A stretch of DNA of 64,000 nt, taken from contig CM075994.1 in the NCBI GenBank assembly GCA_038087875.1, positions 8,000,001-8,064,000 of the forward strand. The letters are read 5' to 3'. The DNA is from Malacoraja senta (lineage: Eukaryota). The notes below the pieces were generated by a model that was not told the DNA's origin, ran no database searches, and was given only the letters and a program-made list of their open reading frames with translations. The position numbers and the translations under genes were made by a program. Shown in pieces: positions 14,801 through 28,000 of the stretch (position 1 is its first letter; each line of letters opens with the position of its first letter).

Positions 14801-16528
14801 ATATAAAATTATAAAAGGACTGGACAAGCTAGATGCAGGAAAGATATTCCCAATGTTGGGCGAGTCCAGAACCAGGGGCCACAGTCTTAGAATAAAGGGG
14901 AGGCTATTTAAGACTGAGATGAGAAAATACTTTTCCACCCAGAGAGTTGTGAATTTGTGGAATTCCCTGCCACAGAGGGCAGTGGAGGCCAAGTCACTGG
15001 ATGGATTTAAGAGAGAGTTAGATAGAGCTCTAGGGGCTAGTGGAGTCAAGGGATATGGGGAGAAGGCAGGCACGGGTTATTGATTGGGGACGATCAGCCA
15101 TGATCACAATGAATGGCAGTGCTGGCTCGAAGGGCCGAATGGCCTCCTCCTGCACCTATTTTCTATGTTTCTATGTAAATGACACCATTTCCTTCCTTGT
15201 TCAGCCTTAAATTTTTTTTTAAATTATAGCTTACACTAAGACATTTTACCTGATTGAATCAGGTTAAAAAAAAAGCCCATTGTGGTGTCGATGACATAGA
15301 GACTCTTGAATGCAGTGTGAGCATTGTATATGTGTACATAACTCTGTGCTCCCCACCCCAACCCCGGTACAGTAGGCCTAGGGGTTGGGGCGGTTCACAA
15401 GCTTAATTCCCGGGATGGCGGGACTGTCATATGCTGAGAGAATGGAGCAGCTGGGCTTGTACACTCTGGAGTTTAGAAGGATAAGAGGGGATCTTATTGA
15501 AACATATAAGATTGTTAAGGGTTTGGACACGCTAGAGGCAGGAAACATGTTCCTGATGTTGGGGGAGTCCAGAACCAGGGCCCGCAGTTTAAGAATAAGG
15601 GCTAAGCCATTTAGAACGGAGACGAGGAAACACTTTTTCACACAGAGAGTTGTGAGTCTGTGGAATTCTCTGCCTCAGGAGGCCGGTTCTCTGGATACTT
15701 TCATGAGAGAGCTAGATAGGGCTCTTAAAGATAGCGGAGTCAGGGGATATGGGAACAGGGTACTGAATGTGGATGATCAGCCTTGATCACATTGAATGGC
15801 GGTGCTGGCTCGAAGGGCCGAATGGCCTACTCCTGCACCTATTGTCTATTGGGGACAGAGGAAAACGCATGCAAAGACGGTCGGCCCTCACCCGTGTACT
15901 GGCTTTCCGCTAAGATCGACTCCGCGGATTTCCACGCACTCAACCATCCTCGCAGCGGCTCCCTGTCCCGCGGAAAGCCATTTGCAGCGGAGATTTAGAC
16001 CGATTATTTCATTTTTTTTACCGGATTTCAAAATCCGCGGACATCGGCGGAGAAATCTCGTGCCTGTGTTGTCTTGGCTCTGTAGCCTCTGGGACTGTAA
16101 ATAATTGGAACAGGAACTGCTAGGTGTGGCCCTGTGTTGTGGAGGGAGTTGTGGACGTTGGCCAAGCGGATGGTTTTTGTTCCGAGATACAGCACGGAAA
16201 CAGGCCCTTCATCCCACTGAGTCCCCGCCGACCAGCGATCCCCCCGTTTACACACTAGTTCCACGTCATCCCACTTTCTCATCCACTCCCTACACACACC
16301 AGGGGGCAATTTGCACAGGGGCCGATTAATCTACAAACCCGCACAAGAGGGGAGAAGAGGGAGTGACCGGGGTGCGACTGGTCCTTGATTATGCTGCTGG
16401 CCTTGCCGAGGCAGCGTGAGGTGTAGACGGAGTCAACGGAAGGGAAACAGGCCTTTTAGTTTGGTTTCGAGAGACATCGCTACGGGAGACAATGAACTAA
16501 ACCAAACTTTTAGATGTAGCGTTTGCGG

Positions 16529-16534
16529 TTTATT
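16529..16534 (-). promoter_or_regulatory. Likely polyadenylation signal of C4
   Basis: AATAAA on the minus strand, ~110 nt after the stop codon. Confidence 0.65.
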
Positions 16535-16644
16535 GAAAGACTGAGTATGTGTTTAGCAATAGATGATTTCAGATGGAGGGGAGGGGGGGAGGGGAGGATG
16601 GGGCAGGGGAGGGGGGAGGGGAGGGGAGGGGGGACTGGCCAAAG

Positions 16645-16786
16645 TTATAATTCACATCCGGACAAGGAGAACTCTTCAATGAAGCTCTTGACTTGCTGGC
16701 AATGTTCTCTGTGGTTCCAAAGGTCACAGGTGGTTTGTGATGGGATGGCTTCGATCCAAGTGGTGTCAGTCAGGAGATACTGGGCA
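16645..16786 (-). CDS. C4: C4 terminal coding exon (~exon 41): [46 protein letters not shown]
   Basis: tgcgcag|T...TAA; 142 bp; QYLL...+WIE..P...C.......C.....F.......GC C-terminus. Confidence 0.93.
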
Positions 16787-16923
16787 CTGCGCAAAGGGAC
16801 AACAGTTTATCACCCTTTAATGTAGACTTTGGTGATGTGGCGTTGAAACCGGCCCCATCGGCCCACCGAGATCGTGCTGACCGCACGCACACACGCACAC
16901 ACGCACGCACGCACGCGCACACA

Positions 16924-16958
<35 letters not shown>

Positions 16959-16959
16959 T

Positions 16960-16999
<40 letters not shown>

Positions 17000-17029
17000 C
17001 ACACACATAGACACACACACACACACATA

Positions 17030-17111
<82 letters not shown>

Positions 17112-17164
17112 CACACACACATACACACACATACACACACACGCACACACACACACACATAGAC

Positions 17165-17195
<31 letters not shown>

Positions 17196-17198
17196 TAG

Positions 17199-17230
<32 letters not shown>

Positions 17231-17844
17231 GCACACACACTCACACGCACACGCGCACACACACACACACACACACGCACACACGCTCACACGCACACAC
17301 ACACACTCACGCACACACACACGCACACACACACACACACACACACACGCTCACACGCACACACGCTCACACGCACACACACACACACTCACGCACACAC
17401 ACACTCACACATAGACACACACACACACACATATACACGCACACACATATACACGCACACGCACACGCACACACACTCACACTCACACTCACACTCACAC
17501 TCACACTCACACTCACACTCACACTCACACTCTCACACACAGACACAGACACAGTCAGACACACACACACACACACACATAGACACACACACACACACAC
17601 TCACACTCAGACACACACACACACACACATAGACACACACACACACACACACACTCACAGACACACACACACACACACTCACACTCACACTCACACTCAC
17701 ACACACACACACACAGACACAGACACAGACACAGACACAGACACACACACACACACACTCACACATAGACACACACACACACACACACACTCACACTCAC
17801 AGACACACTCACAGACACACACACAGACACAGACATAGACACAG

Positions 17845-17875
<31 letters not shown>

Positions 17876-18039
17876 CACACACACAGACACAGACACAGAC
17901 ACAGACACACTCACACTCACACTCACACTCACACTCACACACACACACACTCACACTCACACTCACACTCACACACACAAACACACACACACACACTCAC
18001 ACACACACTCACACACACACACACACTCACACTCACACT

Positions 18040-18073
<34 letters not shown>

Positions 18074-18450
18074 CTCACACTCACACACACACTCTCACAC
18101 ACACTCACCACTCACACACACACACACACCACACACTCACACTCACACTCACACACACACACACAGACACACACACACACACTCACACACACACACACTC
18201 ACACACACTCTCACACACACACAGACACACATAGACACACACACACACACACTCACACACACACACACTCACACTCACACACACACACACACACACACTC
18301 ACACACACACACACTCACACACACTCTCACACACACACACACACACTCACACACACACACACTCACACACACACACACACTCACACACACACACTCACAC
18401 ACACACACACTCACACACACACACAAACACACACTCACACACACACACAC

Positions 18451-18484
<34 letters not shown>

Positions 18485-18515
18485 ACACACACACTCACAC
18501 ACACACACACTCACA

Positions 18516-18572
<57 letters not shown>

Positions 18573-18582
18573 ACACGCACAC

Positions 18583-18616
<34 letters not shown>

Positions 18617-18662
18617 ACACACACACTCACACACACACTCACAGACACACACACACTCACAC

Positions 18663-18696
<34 letters not shown>

Positions 18697-18700
18697 ACAC

Positions 18701-18733
<33 letters not shown>

Positions 18734-18873
18734 GACACACACATACTCACACTCACACACACACACACACACACACAGACACACACATACTCACACTCAC
18801 ACACACACACACTCACACTCACACACACACACACACTCACACACACACTCACAGACACACACACACTCACACT

Positions 18874-18906
<33 letters not shown>

Positions 18907-19016
18907 ACACATACTCACACTCACACACACACACACACACACACTCACACACACAGACACACACATACTCACACTCACACACACTCACACACACACACTC
19001 ACAGACACACACATAC

Positions 19017-19050
<34 letters not shown>

Positions 19051-22000
19051 ACACACAGACTCACTCACACACACACTCACACACACACACACACACACTC
19101 ACACACACACTCACACACACACAAATACTCACACTCACACACAAACACACACACACTCACAGACGCACTGGGCTGGGAGAGGAGGATGGAGGGAAGATGG
19201 GGGAGTGAGGGGAGTGGAGGGGGTGGGACTGGAAGAGGATGATGGGGGAGTGAGGAGAGTGGAGGGGGAGAGGGGGAGGGGCCGGGAGAGGAGGAGGGAG
19301 GGAAGATGGGGGAGGGAGGGGAGTGGAGGGGGAGAGGGGAGGGAGAGGGGGTGGGACTGGGAGAGGATGAGAAGGGGAGATGGGGGAGTGAGGGAGTGGA
19401 GGGGGAGAGGGGGAGGGGGAGGGGCTGGGAGAGGATGAGGGGGAAGATGGGGGAGTGAGGGGAGTGGAGGGGGAGAGGGGGAGGGAGAGGGGGAGGGAAT
19501 GGGAGAGGATGAGGGAGGGGAGATGGGGAGAGGGAGGGGAGGAGGGGAGGAGGGGGAGGGGGAGGGGCTGGGAAGAGGATGAGGGGGAGATGGGGGAGTG
19601 AGGGGAGTGGAGGGGGAGAGGGGGAGGGAGAGGGGGGGGGGGAGGGAATGGGAGAGATGAGGAGGGAAAGATGGGGAGTGGAGGGGGGAGGGGGAGAGGG
19701 GGAGTGGAGGGGGAGAGGGGAGGGGACTGGGAGAGGATGAGGGAGGGGAGATGGGGGAGTGGGGGTGGGGAGAGGGGGAGGGACTGGGAGAGGATGAGGA
19801 GGAAATGGGGGAGTGGGGGTGGGAGAGGGGGAGGGACTGGGAGAGGATGAGAAGGGGAGATGGGGGAGTGAGGGGGAGTGAGGGAGGGGGGGGGCTGGGA
19901 GAGGATGAGGGGGGAGATGGGGGAGTGAGGGGAGTGGGAGGGGTGGACTGGGAGAGGGGAGGGACTGGAGAGGGATGAGGGAGGGGAGATGGGGGAGTGG
20001 AGGGGGAGAGGGGAGGGAGAGGGGGTGGGACTGGGAGAGGATGAGGAGGGGAGATGGGGAGTGAGGGGAGTGAGGAGGGGAGAGGGAGATGGGAGAGGGG
20101 GAGGACTGGAGAGGATGAGGGGAAGATGGGGGAGGAGGGGGTGGAGGGGGAGAGGGGGAGTGGAGGGGGAGAGGGGGAGGGACTGGAGAGGATGAGGGAG
20201 GGGAGATGGGGGAGAGTCTTGGACCACCACTCACTTGCCCGCTCCATGCATGGTGTTGCTGTTCTTGCCCATCAGCAGATATCCGTGCCCTCCCTCAGCT
20301 GCAGCCGGCAGGAGCTGCGATGGAGAAATGTCCTCACCCTGTCCCCACCCGCACCGTCTCATCTGGGGGGAGGACAGACAAAACATGTTGGTCTAGACTT
20401 AATTTAGACTCAAGACAGACACAGAAATGCTGGAGTAACTCAGCGGGACAGGCAGCATCTCTGCAGAGAAGGAATGGGTGACTTTTCGGGTCGAGCCCCT
20501 TCTTCAGACTGAGAGTGAGGGGAGAGGGGAACGAGAGATATAGACGGTGATAAGGTCATAAGTGATAGGAGTAGAATTAGACCATTCGGCCCATCAAGTC
20601 AACTCCGCCATTCCATCGTGGCTGATCTATCTCTCCTCCTACCCCCCTTCTCCCCATAACCCCTGACACCCGCACTAATCAACAATATATCTACCTCTGC
20701 ATTAAATATATCCACTGACTTGGCCTCCACAGCATCTGTGGCAAAGAATCCCACAGATTCACCACCCTCAGGCTGAAGAATGTAATGTAGAGATATAGAA
20801 CAGATGAATGAAAGATATGCAAAAAAGTAAGGATGATAAAGGAAACAGGCCATTGTTAGCTGTTTGCTGGGTGAGAACGAGAAGCTGGTGCGACTTGGGT
20901 GGGGGAGGACGGAGAGCGAGGGAATGTCGGGGCTACCTGAAGTGAGAGAAATCCATATCATACCACTGGGTATGACCAGCCAACAGCTAACAATGGCCTG
21001 TTTCCATTATCATTTGTGTCTCTGGCCTTCTGTGTCTATCTTCAGTTTAAACCAGCATCTGCAGTTCCTTTCTACTTAACTTAGACTAATGGCTCTGTCC
21101 CACGGTCAGGCGGTTACTGGCGGTGAAGCGCGGCGTCCACGGAAGCGGGGACCGCGCGGCTGCCGCGGGAGAGCCGCGGGAGCGCTGCGCGGCTGCGTCC
21201 CACGAGCATGCGGTAAGTTAAACCTCACTGGAAGCTGTTGCCGCGCGTATGCCGGGTGGTCACCGCACGACCTGTCCCACGGGCCCGACTGGAATGGACG
21301 TCGCGCGGCGTCGGGTGATGACGTCATCGCGCAGCGCAACACGCTACGCGATGACGCGAGACGGCTCGCGGCGTACAAGAGGTGGCGGCCGGGCGGTAGG
21401 CTGACATTTTTTGAACAGTGTCAGCTTTCCTTCGGTGTCGGGACCAGCTACATATGGTCCCGGCAGTCTGCGTGGGACCGACACCGCGGTCCACGCGCGG
21501 TCTCTGGCGGTCCACGCGCGGTCCCAACTTCCTGCTACACCGCCAGTAACCGCCAGTAACCGTCTGCCCGTGGGACAGGCCTTTTAGTTTAACAGGTCAA
21601 ACAGCATCTCTGGAGAAAAGGTTTTGGGTGGAAACATCACCAATTCCTTTCTCCAGAGATGCTGCCTGTCCTGTTGAGTTACTCCAGCTTTTGTGTCTGC
21701 CAGTATTTGCAGTTTCTTCCTACATATTAAACTAAATTCAGTTTAGTTTATTGTCACGTGTACCGAGGTGCAGTGAAAATCTTTTGTTGTGTGCTAACCA
21801 GTCAGCGGAAAGACAATACATGATTACAATCGAGCCGTTTACATAGATACATAGATACATAGAAAAAAGGTGCAGGAGTAGGCCATTTGGCCCTTCCGAG
21901 CCTGCACCGCCATTCAATATGATCATGGCTGATCATCCAACTCAGTATCCTGTACCTGCCTTCTCTCCATACCCCCTGATCCCTTTAGCCACAAGGGCCA

Positions 22001-25000
22001 CATCTAACTCCCTCTTAAATATAGCCAATGAACTGGCCTCGACTACCCTCTGTGGCAGAGAGTTCCAGAGATTCACCACTCTCTGTGTGAAAAGTTTTTC
22101 CTCATCTCGGTCTTAAAAGATTTCCTCCTTATCCTTAAGCTGTGACCCCTTGTCCCTGGACTTCCCCAACATCGGGAACATCTTCCTGCATCTAACCTGT
22201 CCAACCCCATAAGAATTTTGTACGTTTCTATAAGATCCCCTCTCAATCTCCTAAATTCTAGCGAGTATAAGCCAAGTCTATCCAGTCTTTCTTCATTATG
22301 AAAGTCCTGACATCCCAGTTTGCAGTATTAGATACATGATAAGGGACTAACGTTTAGTGCAAGGTAAAGCCAGCAAAGTCTTTACTGCAATAAACATTAT
22401 TCTCTTACCGATGTATCTATAATACATGAAACTTTAGAGATACAGCGCGGGAACAGGCCCTTCGGCCCACCGAGTCTGCACCGACCATCGATCCCCGCAC
22501 ACTAACACTATCCTACACACACTAGGGACAATTTACAATTTAATCAAAGCCAATTAACCTACAAACCTGCACGTCTTTGGAGTGTGGGATAAACGGGAGC
22601 ACCCGGAGAAACCCACGCGGGTCACGGGGAGAATATTGGCACCTATCCATGTTCCCCAGAGATGTGTAGGAAGGAACTGCAAGGTGCTGTTTACACCGAA
22701 GATAGACGCAAAGCGCTGGAGTAACTCAGCGGACGGGCATGGTCTCTGGAGAGGTGGAAAGGGTGACGTTTCGGTCGAGACCCATTTTCAGACTTAGAGT
22801 CACGGGAGAGGGAGGCACCGAGGTAAGGAAGGTCAGGTGGAAAACAGGACATCAAAAGAGATGCCGGTGAAAGGAAAATGAAAAATAGATCGCTGTTAGC
22901 GAGGAGAAGGTGACAATGAAATAGACTGAGATAAAACTGGTGGGAGAACTGGGAAGGGGGAGGGGATGGAGAGAGAGGGAAGGGAAGTTAGAGAAGTCAA
23001 TGTTCATACCGCTGGGTGTAAGCTGCCCAAGCGAAATATGAGGTGCTGTTCCTCCAATTAGCGCTGGGCCTCACTCTGACAGTGGAGGAGGCCCAGGACA
23101 GAAGGTCAGTGTGGAATGGGAGGCGTACAGGTTTGTGGGATAATTGGCTTGGTGTAAATGTAAATTGTCCCTAGTGTGTGTAGGATAGTGTTGATGTGCG
23201 GGGATCGCTGGTCGGCACGGACCCGGTGGGCCGAAGGGCCTGTTTCCGCGCTGTATCTCTAAACTAAACTAAATTCAACGTTACTGAGGCTGCATTTAGA
23301 GTATTGTGACCAGTTCTGGGCACCATGTTGTAGGAAAGATGTCGTCAAGCTGGAAAGGGTTCTGGGAAGATTTGCAAGGATGTTGCCAGGACTAGAGGGT
23401 GTGAGCTACAGGGAGAGATTGAGCAGGCTGGGACTCTATTCCTTGGAGCGCAGGAGGATGAAGGAAATGAATTCCTCACCCCAGTCACACCATATAACCA
23501 TTACAGCACGGACACAGGCCATCTCGGCCCTTCAAGTCCGTGCCGAACTTAGACCATAACCCTCCATTCCTTTCCCGTCCATATACCCATCCAATCTATT
23601 TTTAAAGGATAAAATCGAACCTGCCTCCACCACTTCCACTGGAAGCTCATTCCACACAGCTACCACTCTCTGAGTAAAGAAGTTCCCCCTAATGTTCCCC
23701 TAAACTTCTGTCCCTTAATTCTCAAGTCATGTCCCCTTGTTTGAATCTTCCCTACTCTCAATGGAAAAAGCTTATCCACGTCAACTCTGTCTAACCCGCT
23801 CATAATTTTAAGACCTCTATCAAGTCCCCTCGTAACCTTCTGCGTCCAAAAATAAAGACCTAACTTGTTCAACCTTTCTCTGTAACTTAGTTGCTGAAAC
23901 CAGGCAACATTCTAGTAAATCTCCTCTGTACTCTCTCTATTTTGTTGACATCCTTCCTATAATTAGGCGACCAAAATTGTACTCCATACTCCAGAATTGG
24001 CCTCACCAATGCCTTGTACAATTTTAACATTACATCCCAACTTCTATATTCAATACTCTGATTTATAAAGGCCAGCACCCCAAAAGCTTTCTTTACCACC
24101 CTATCTACATGAGATTCCACCTTCAGGGAACTATGCACAGTTATTCCTAGATCCCTCTGTTCAACTGCATTCCTCAATTCTCTACCATTTACCATGTACG
24201 TCCTATTTTGATTTGTCTGCCGAGATGTAGCACCTCACATTTATCAGCATTAAACTCCATCTGCCATCTTTCAGCCCACTCTTCCAAATGGCCTAAATCT
24301 CTCTGTAGACATTGAAAATTGACTTCATTATCCACCACACCACCTATCTTAGTATCATCTGCATACTTACTAATCCAATTTCCACACCATCATCCAGATC
24401 ATTGATGTACATGACAAACAACAGTGGACCCAACACAGACCCCTGAGGCACCCCACTAGTCACCGGCCTCCAACCTGACAAACAGCCATCCACCAGAGAG
24501 TGGTTTCCTGAGAGTGGTTTCCACGGGCAGACGACTTGCCGACCGATGCGTTTAAATTCCCCCAGCAGCCGTGCGCCATTGAGTTGTGTGAACCCGACTT
24601 ACCGTTCCTCCAGTAAATATCACGGACGGACATGGTGTACTTGTGGAAATATCCCACCGAGGTCTTGTTCAACACCTGCGCCACAAAGGCTGAAAGGCAA
24701 TCGGAAGATAAGCGCTTTAGGAATATTAGGAGATGCCGGCTTTTCATTTGGGAGGGTCTCGACCCGAAACATCACCCATTCCTTCTCTCCAGAGATGCTG
24801 CCTGTCCCGCTGAGTTACTCAACAGTGAATGCTGTTTGCTGCAAACAGAATAATTACGTGTTTCCAAAGCCGTGGCGTTTCATTCCACACGTTGGTCCTC
24901 AACTCAAATGTAGCTATGGGGCGGCACGGTGGCGTAGCGGTAGAGCTGCTGCCTTAGAGCGGGTTCGATCCCGACCACGGGTGCTGTCTGTACGGAGTTT

Positions 25001-28000
25001 GCACGTTCTCCCGTGACTGCGTGGTTTTCCTCCGAGATCTTCGGTTTCCTCCCACACTCCAAAGACGTGCAGGTTCGTGGTTAATTGGCTTGGTACGAAC
25101 ATAATTGTCCCTAGTGTGTGTAGGATAGGGGATTGTTGGTCAGCCATGACTCGGTGGGCCGAAGGGCCTGTTTCCGCACTGTATCTCTAAACTAATCTAA
25201 ATTATAACATGTTGTAAACAAACTTTTTCGATGTGTCTCATGAAGCTGAATCGGTTGGACTCATTTGTTTGATTGTAGCATCTCGCCCTGAGTAGTTATT
25301 GCAAGGTAGACATAAAAAGCTGGAGTAACTCAGCGGGACAGGCAGCATCTCTGGAGAGAAGGGATGGGTCCAATTGTGCAGGTTTGTAGGCTAATTGGCT
25401 GGGTATGAGTGTAATTTGTCCCTGTGTGTAAGATAGTATTAGTGTGCGGGGATCGCTAGTCGGCACGGACTCGGTGGGCCGAAAGGTTTCCGCGCTGTAT
25501 CTCTAAACTAACTGAACTACCTCCTCCGCTAATATTTTCCGTTTCTTATACCTAGAAGCAACGTTTCCTGAGGTTTGTTAACCTGAAGGACAAATAAAAT
25601 GGACGCCGCGTTCTAGCCACACGTACCATAATCCACAATTGGGCTGTAACAGGCAAATTCAGTCCGATCCTTCTCCAACAGATTATCAGGCAAAATATCT
25701 TGTTCATGAGGACAGCAACCTAGTGGATTTGTTCAATAAACAGTTTAGTTTCATTTATTATTGTCACGTGTATCGAGGTACAGCGAAGAGGCTTAGTTTG
25801 CGTTCTACACAGTCAGAGATTAAACCTAAATAGGTTCAAGCAATCCATAGTGGATAACACATAAGATTGTTAAGGGCTTGGACACGCTAGTGGCAGGAAA
25901 CATGTTCCCGATGTTGGGGGAGTCCAGAACCAGGGGCCACAGTTTCAGAATAAAGGGGGGGCCATTTAGAACGGAGATGAGGAAACACTTTTTCACCCAG
26001 AGAGTTGTGAATCTGTGGAATTCTCTGCCTCGGAAGGCGGTGGAGGCCAATTCTCTGGATGTTTTCATGAGAGAGTTAGATAGGGCTCTTAAAGATAGCA
26101 GATTCAGGGGATATGGGGAGAAGGTAGGAACGGGGTACTGATTGGGGATGACCAGCCATGAACACAGTGCATGGCAGTGCTGGCTCGATGGGCCGAATGG
26201 CCTACTCCTGCACCTATGTCTATTGTCATTCAATCATGGCTGATCTATCTCTCCCTCCTAACCCCATTCTACAGCCTTCTCCCCTCAATGCCTGACACCG
26301 GCACTAATCAAGAATCTATCTATCTGCACTTGGCCTCCACAGCCGTCTGTGGCAAAGAATTCCACAGATTCACCACCCTCTGACTGAAGAAATTCCTCCT
26401 CATCTCCTTCCTAAAGGAACGTCCTTTAATTCTGAGGCTGTGGCCTCCAGTCCTAGACTCTCCCACTAGTGGAACCATTCTCTCCACATCCACTCTATCC
26501 AGGCCATTTTTGGGAATTCTTTGCCACAGAAGGCCGTGGAGGACAAGTCAGTGGATATATTTAAGGCAGAGATGGATAGATTCTTGATTAGTATTCTTGG
26601 GTGTCAGGGGTTTTGGGGAGAAGGCAGGAGAATGGGGTTAGGAGGGAGAGATAGATCAGCTATAATTGAATGGCGGAGTAGACGCGATGGGCCGAATGCC
26701 TAATTCTGCTCCTATCACTTGTGAGCTTATGTGTTGTGGAGGCACACAGTGAGAGGCGGGGGGACTGGGGGCGGTTATCTGACTCTCAGTCTGAAGAAGG
26801 GTCTCGACCCGAAACGTCACCCATTCCTTCTCTCCAGAGATGCTGCCTGTCCCGCTGAGTTACTCCACAATTTAGTGTCTATCTAGGAGTTAACAGTTGC
26901 ACCGTACCATTGGCAGCCCGCCAACAGTCTGTTTGTTTTTTTGTCTTTAAAAAAGAAAAAAATGTTTTAATTACATTTAGTGTGTGTTTAAAGTTTGTGT
27001 AAATGTTCTCCGGTTGTTTTATTTGGGGGAGGGTTTTGTTTTTTTCCAGTTTCTTACCTTGCCGGAGACGCGATGTTTCCGGATCGCATTCTCCGGTTGC
27101 TCTGCGGCCTAACCATTGATGGAATGAAGGCCTCCTCGGACTGACCTTGGGCCCCACCGCAAGACATGGACTTAACATCGGAAGTCGATCACTTGCCTGG
27201 GATCGACGCTCCAACGGTCTTTACATCAGGAGCTCACAGTCTCGGGAGTCAAAGGGAAGATGTAGATTGGCTATTTCATACTAGCCAATTATAGTGTTTG
27301 TTGGTAGTGATTCCGCCTATTATGTGCTTCATATTATCTAGTGCCTGCTTATGCTGGTTAGAGTGAGTACCACCTCGGAGATGTGATGTCTGCAGATCCT
27401 TGCTGCATGTAGATTTAATAAACATGTGTTGTATCTTGATGTGTGTTCGAGTCGACTCATTACATGGTGTCAGAAGTGGGATTCGAACCCACGTTCGAGT
27501 CGACTCATTACATGGTGTCAGAAGTGGGATTCGAACCCACGTTCGAGTCGACTCATTACATGGTGTCAGAAGTGGGATTCGAACCCACGTTCGAGTCGAC
27601 TCATTACATGGTGTCAGAAGTGGGATTCGAACCCACGTTCGAGTCGACTCATTACATGGTGTCAGAAGTGGGATTCGAACCCACGTTCGAGTCGACTCAT
27701 TACATGGTGTCAGAAGTGGGATGCGAACCCACGTTCGAGTCGACTCATTACAGAAGCGATTGAACTTTTTTTCTCATTACATCACAGTGAGGAATGTGGA
27801 GGAGTCACTGTGGTGGATGTTTATGTTAAAATGTGTTTTGTGTGTTCCGTTGCTTTTTAGTGGCAACTGAAAAACATACTTGGCTAATGAAGTATGATTG
27901 TGATTGTGATTATTGTGCGTTTACCTGCAGCACACGTGCACACCGGGCCCTCACATAGCTTCGTGGTCATGGTGTTTTGTTCGGGAGGGCTGTAGGACAC

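Larger units (their letters stand above)
1..16890. repeat. ~10.1-kb tandem segmental duplication (1-~6775 matches 10111-~16890)
   Basis: Colinear match at offset ~10110-10114, including the same TE junctions; scattered substitutions and indels. Confidence 0.92.

Noticed and set aside
19077..20247. Proline-rich extensin-like ORFs
   Set aside because: Translation of the polypurine satellite
24918..24975. tRNA genes at SINE heads
   Set aside because: A/B boxes continue into SINE body and tail; no complete cloverleaf
27465..27492. tRNA-Leu gene
   Set aside because: Only the 3' 28-29 nt is present and it includes CCA, so it is a reverse-transcribed or PBS copy
27445..27752. CRISPR array
   Set aside because: Units are contiguous and identical with no unique spacers; vertebrate context and no cas genes
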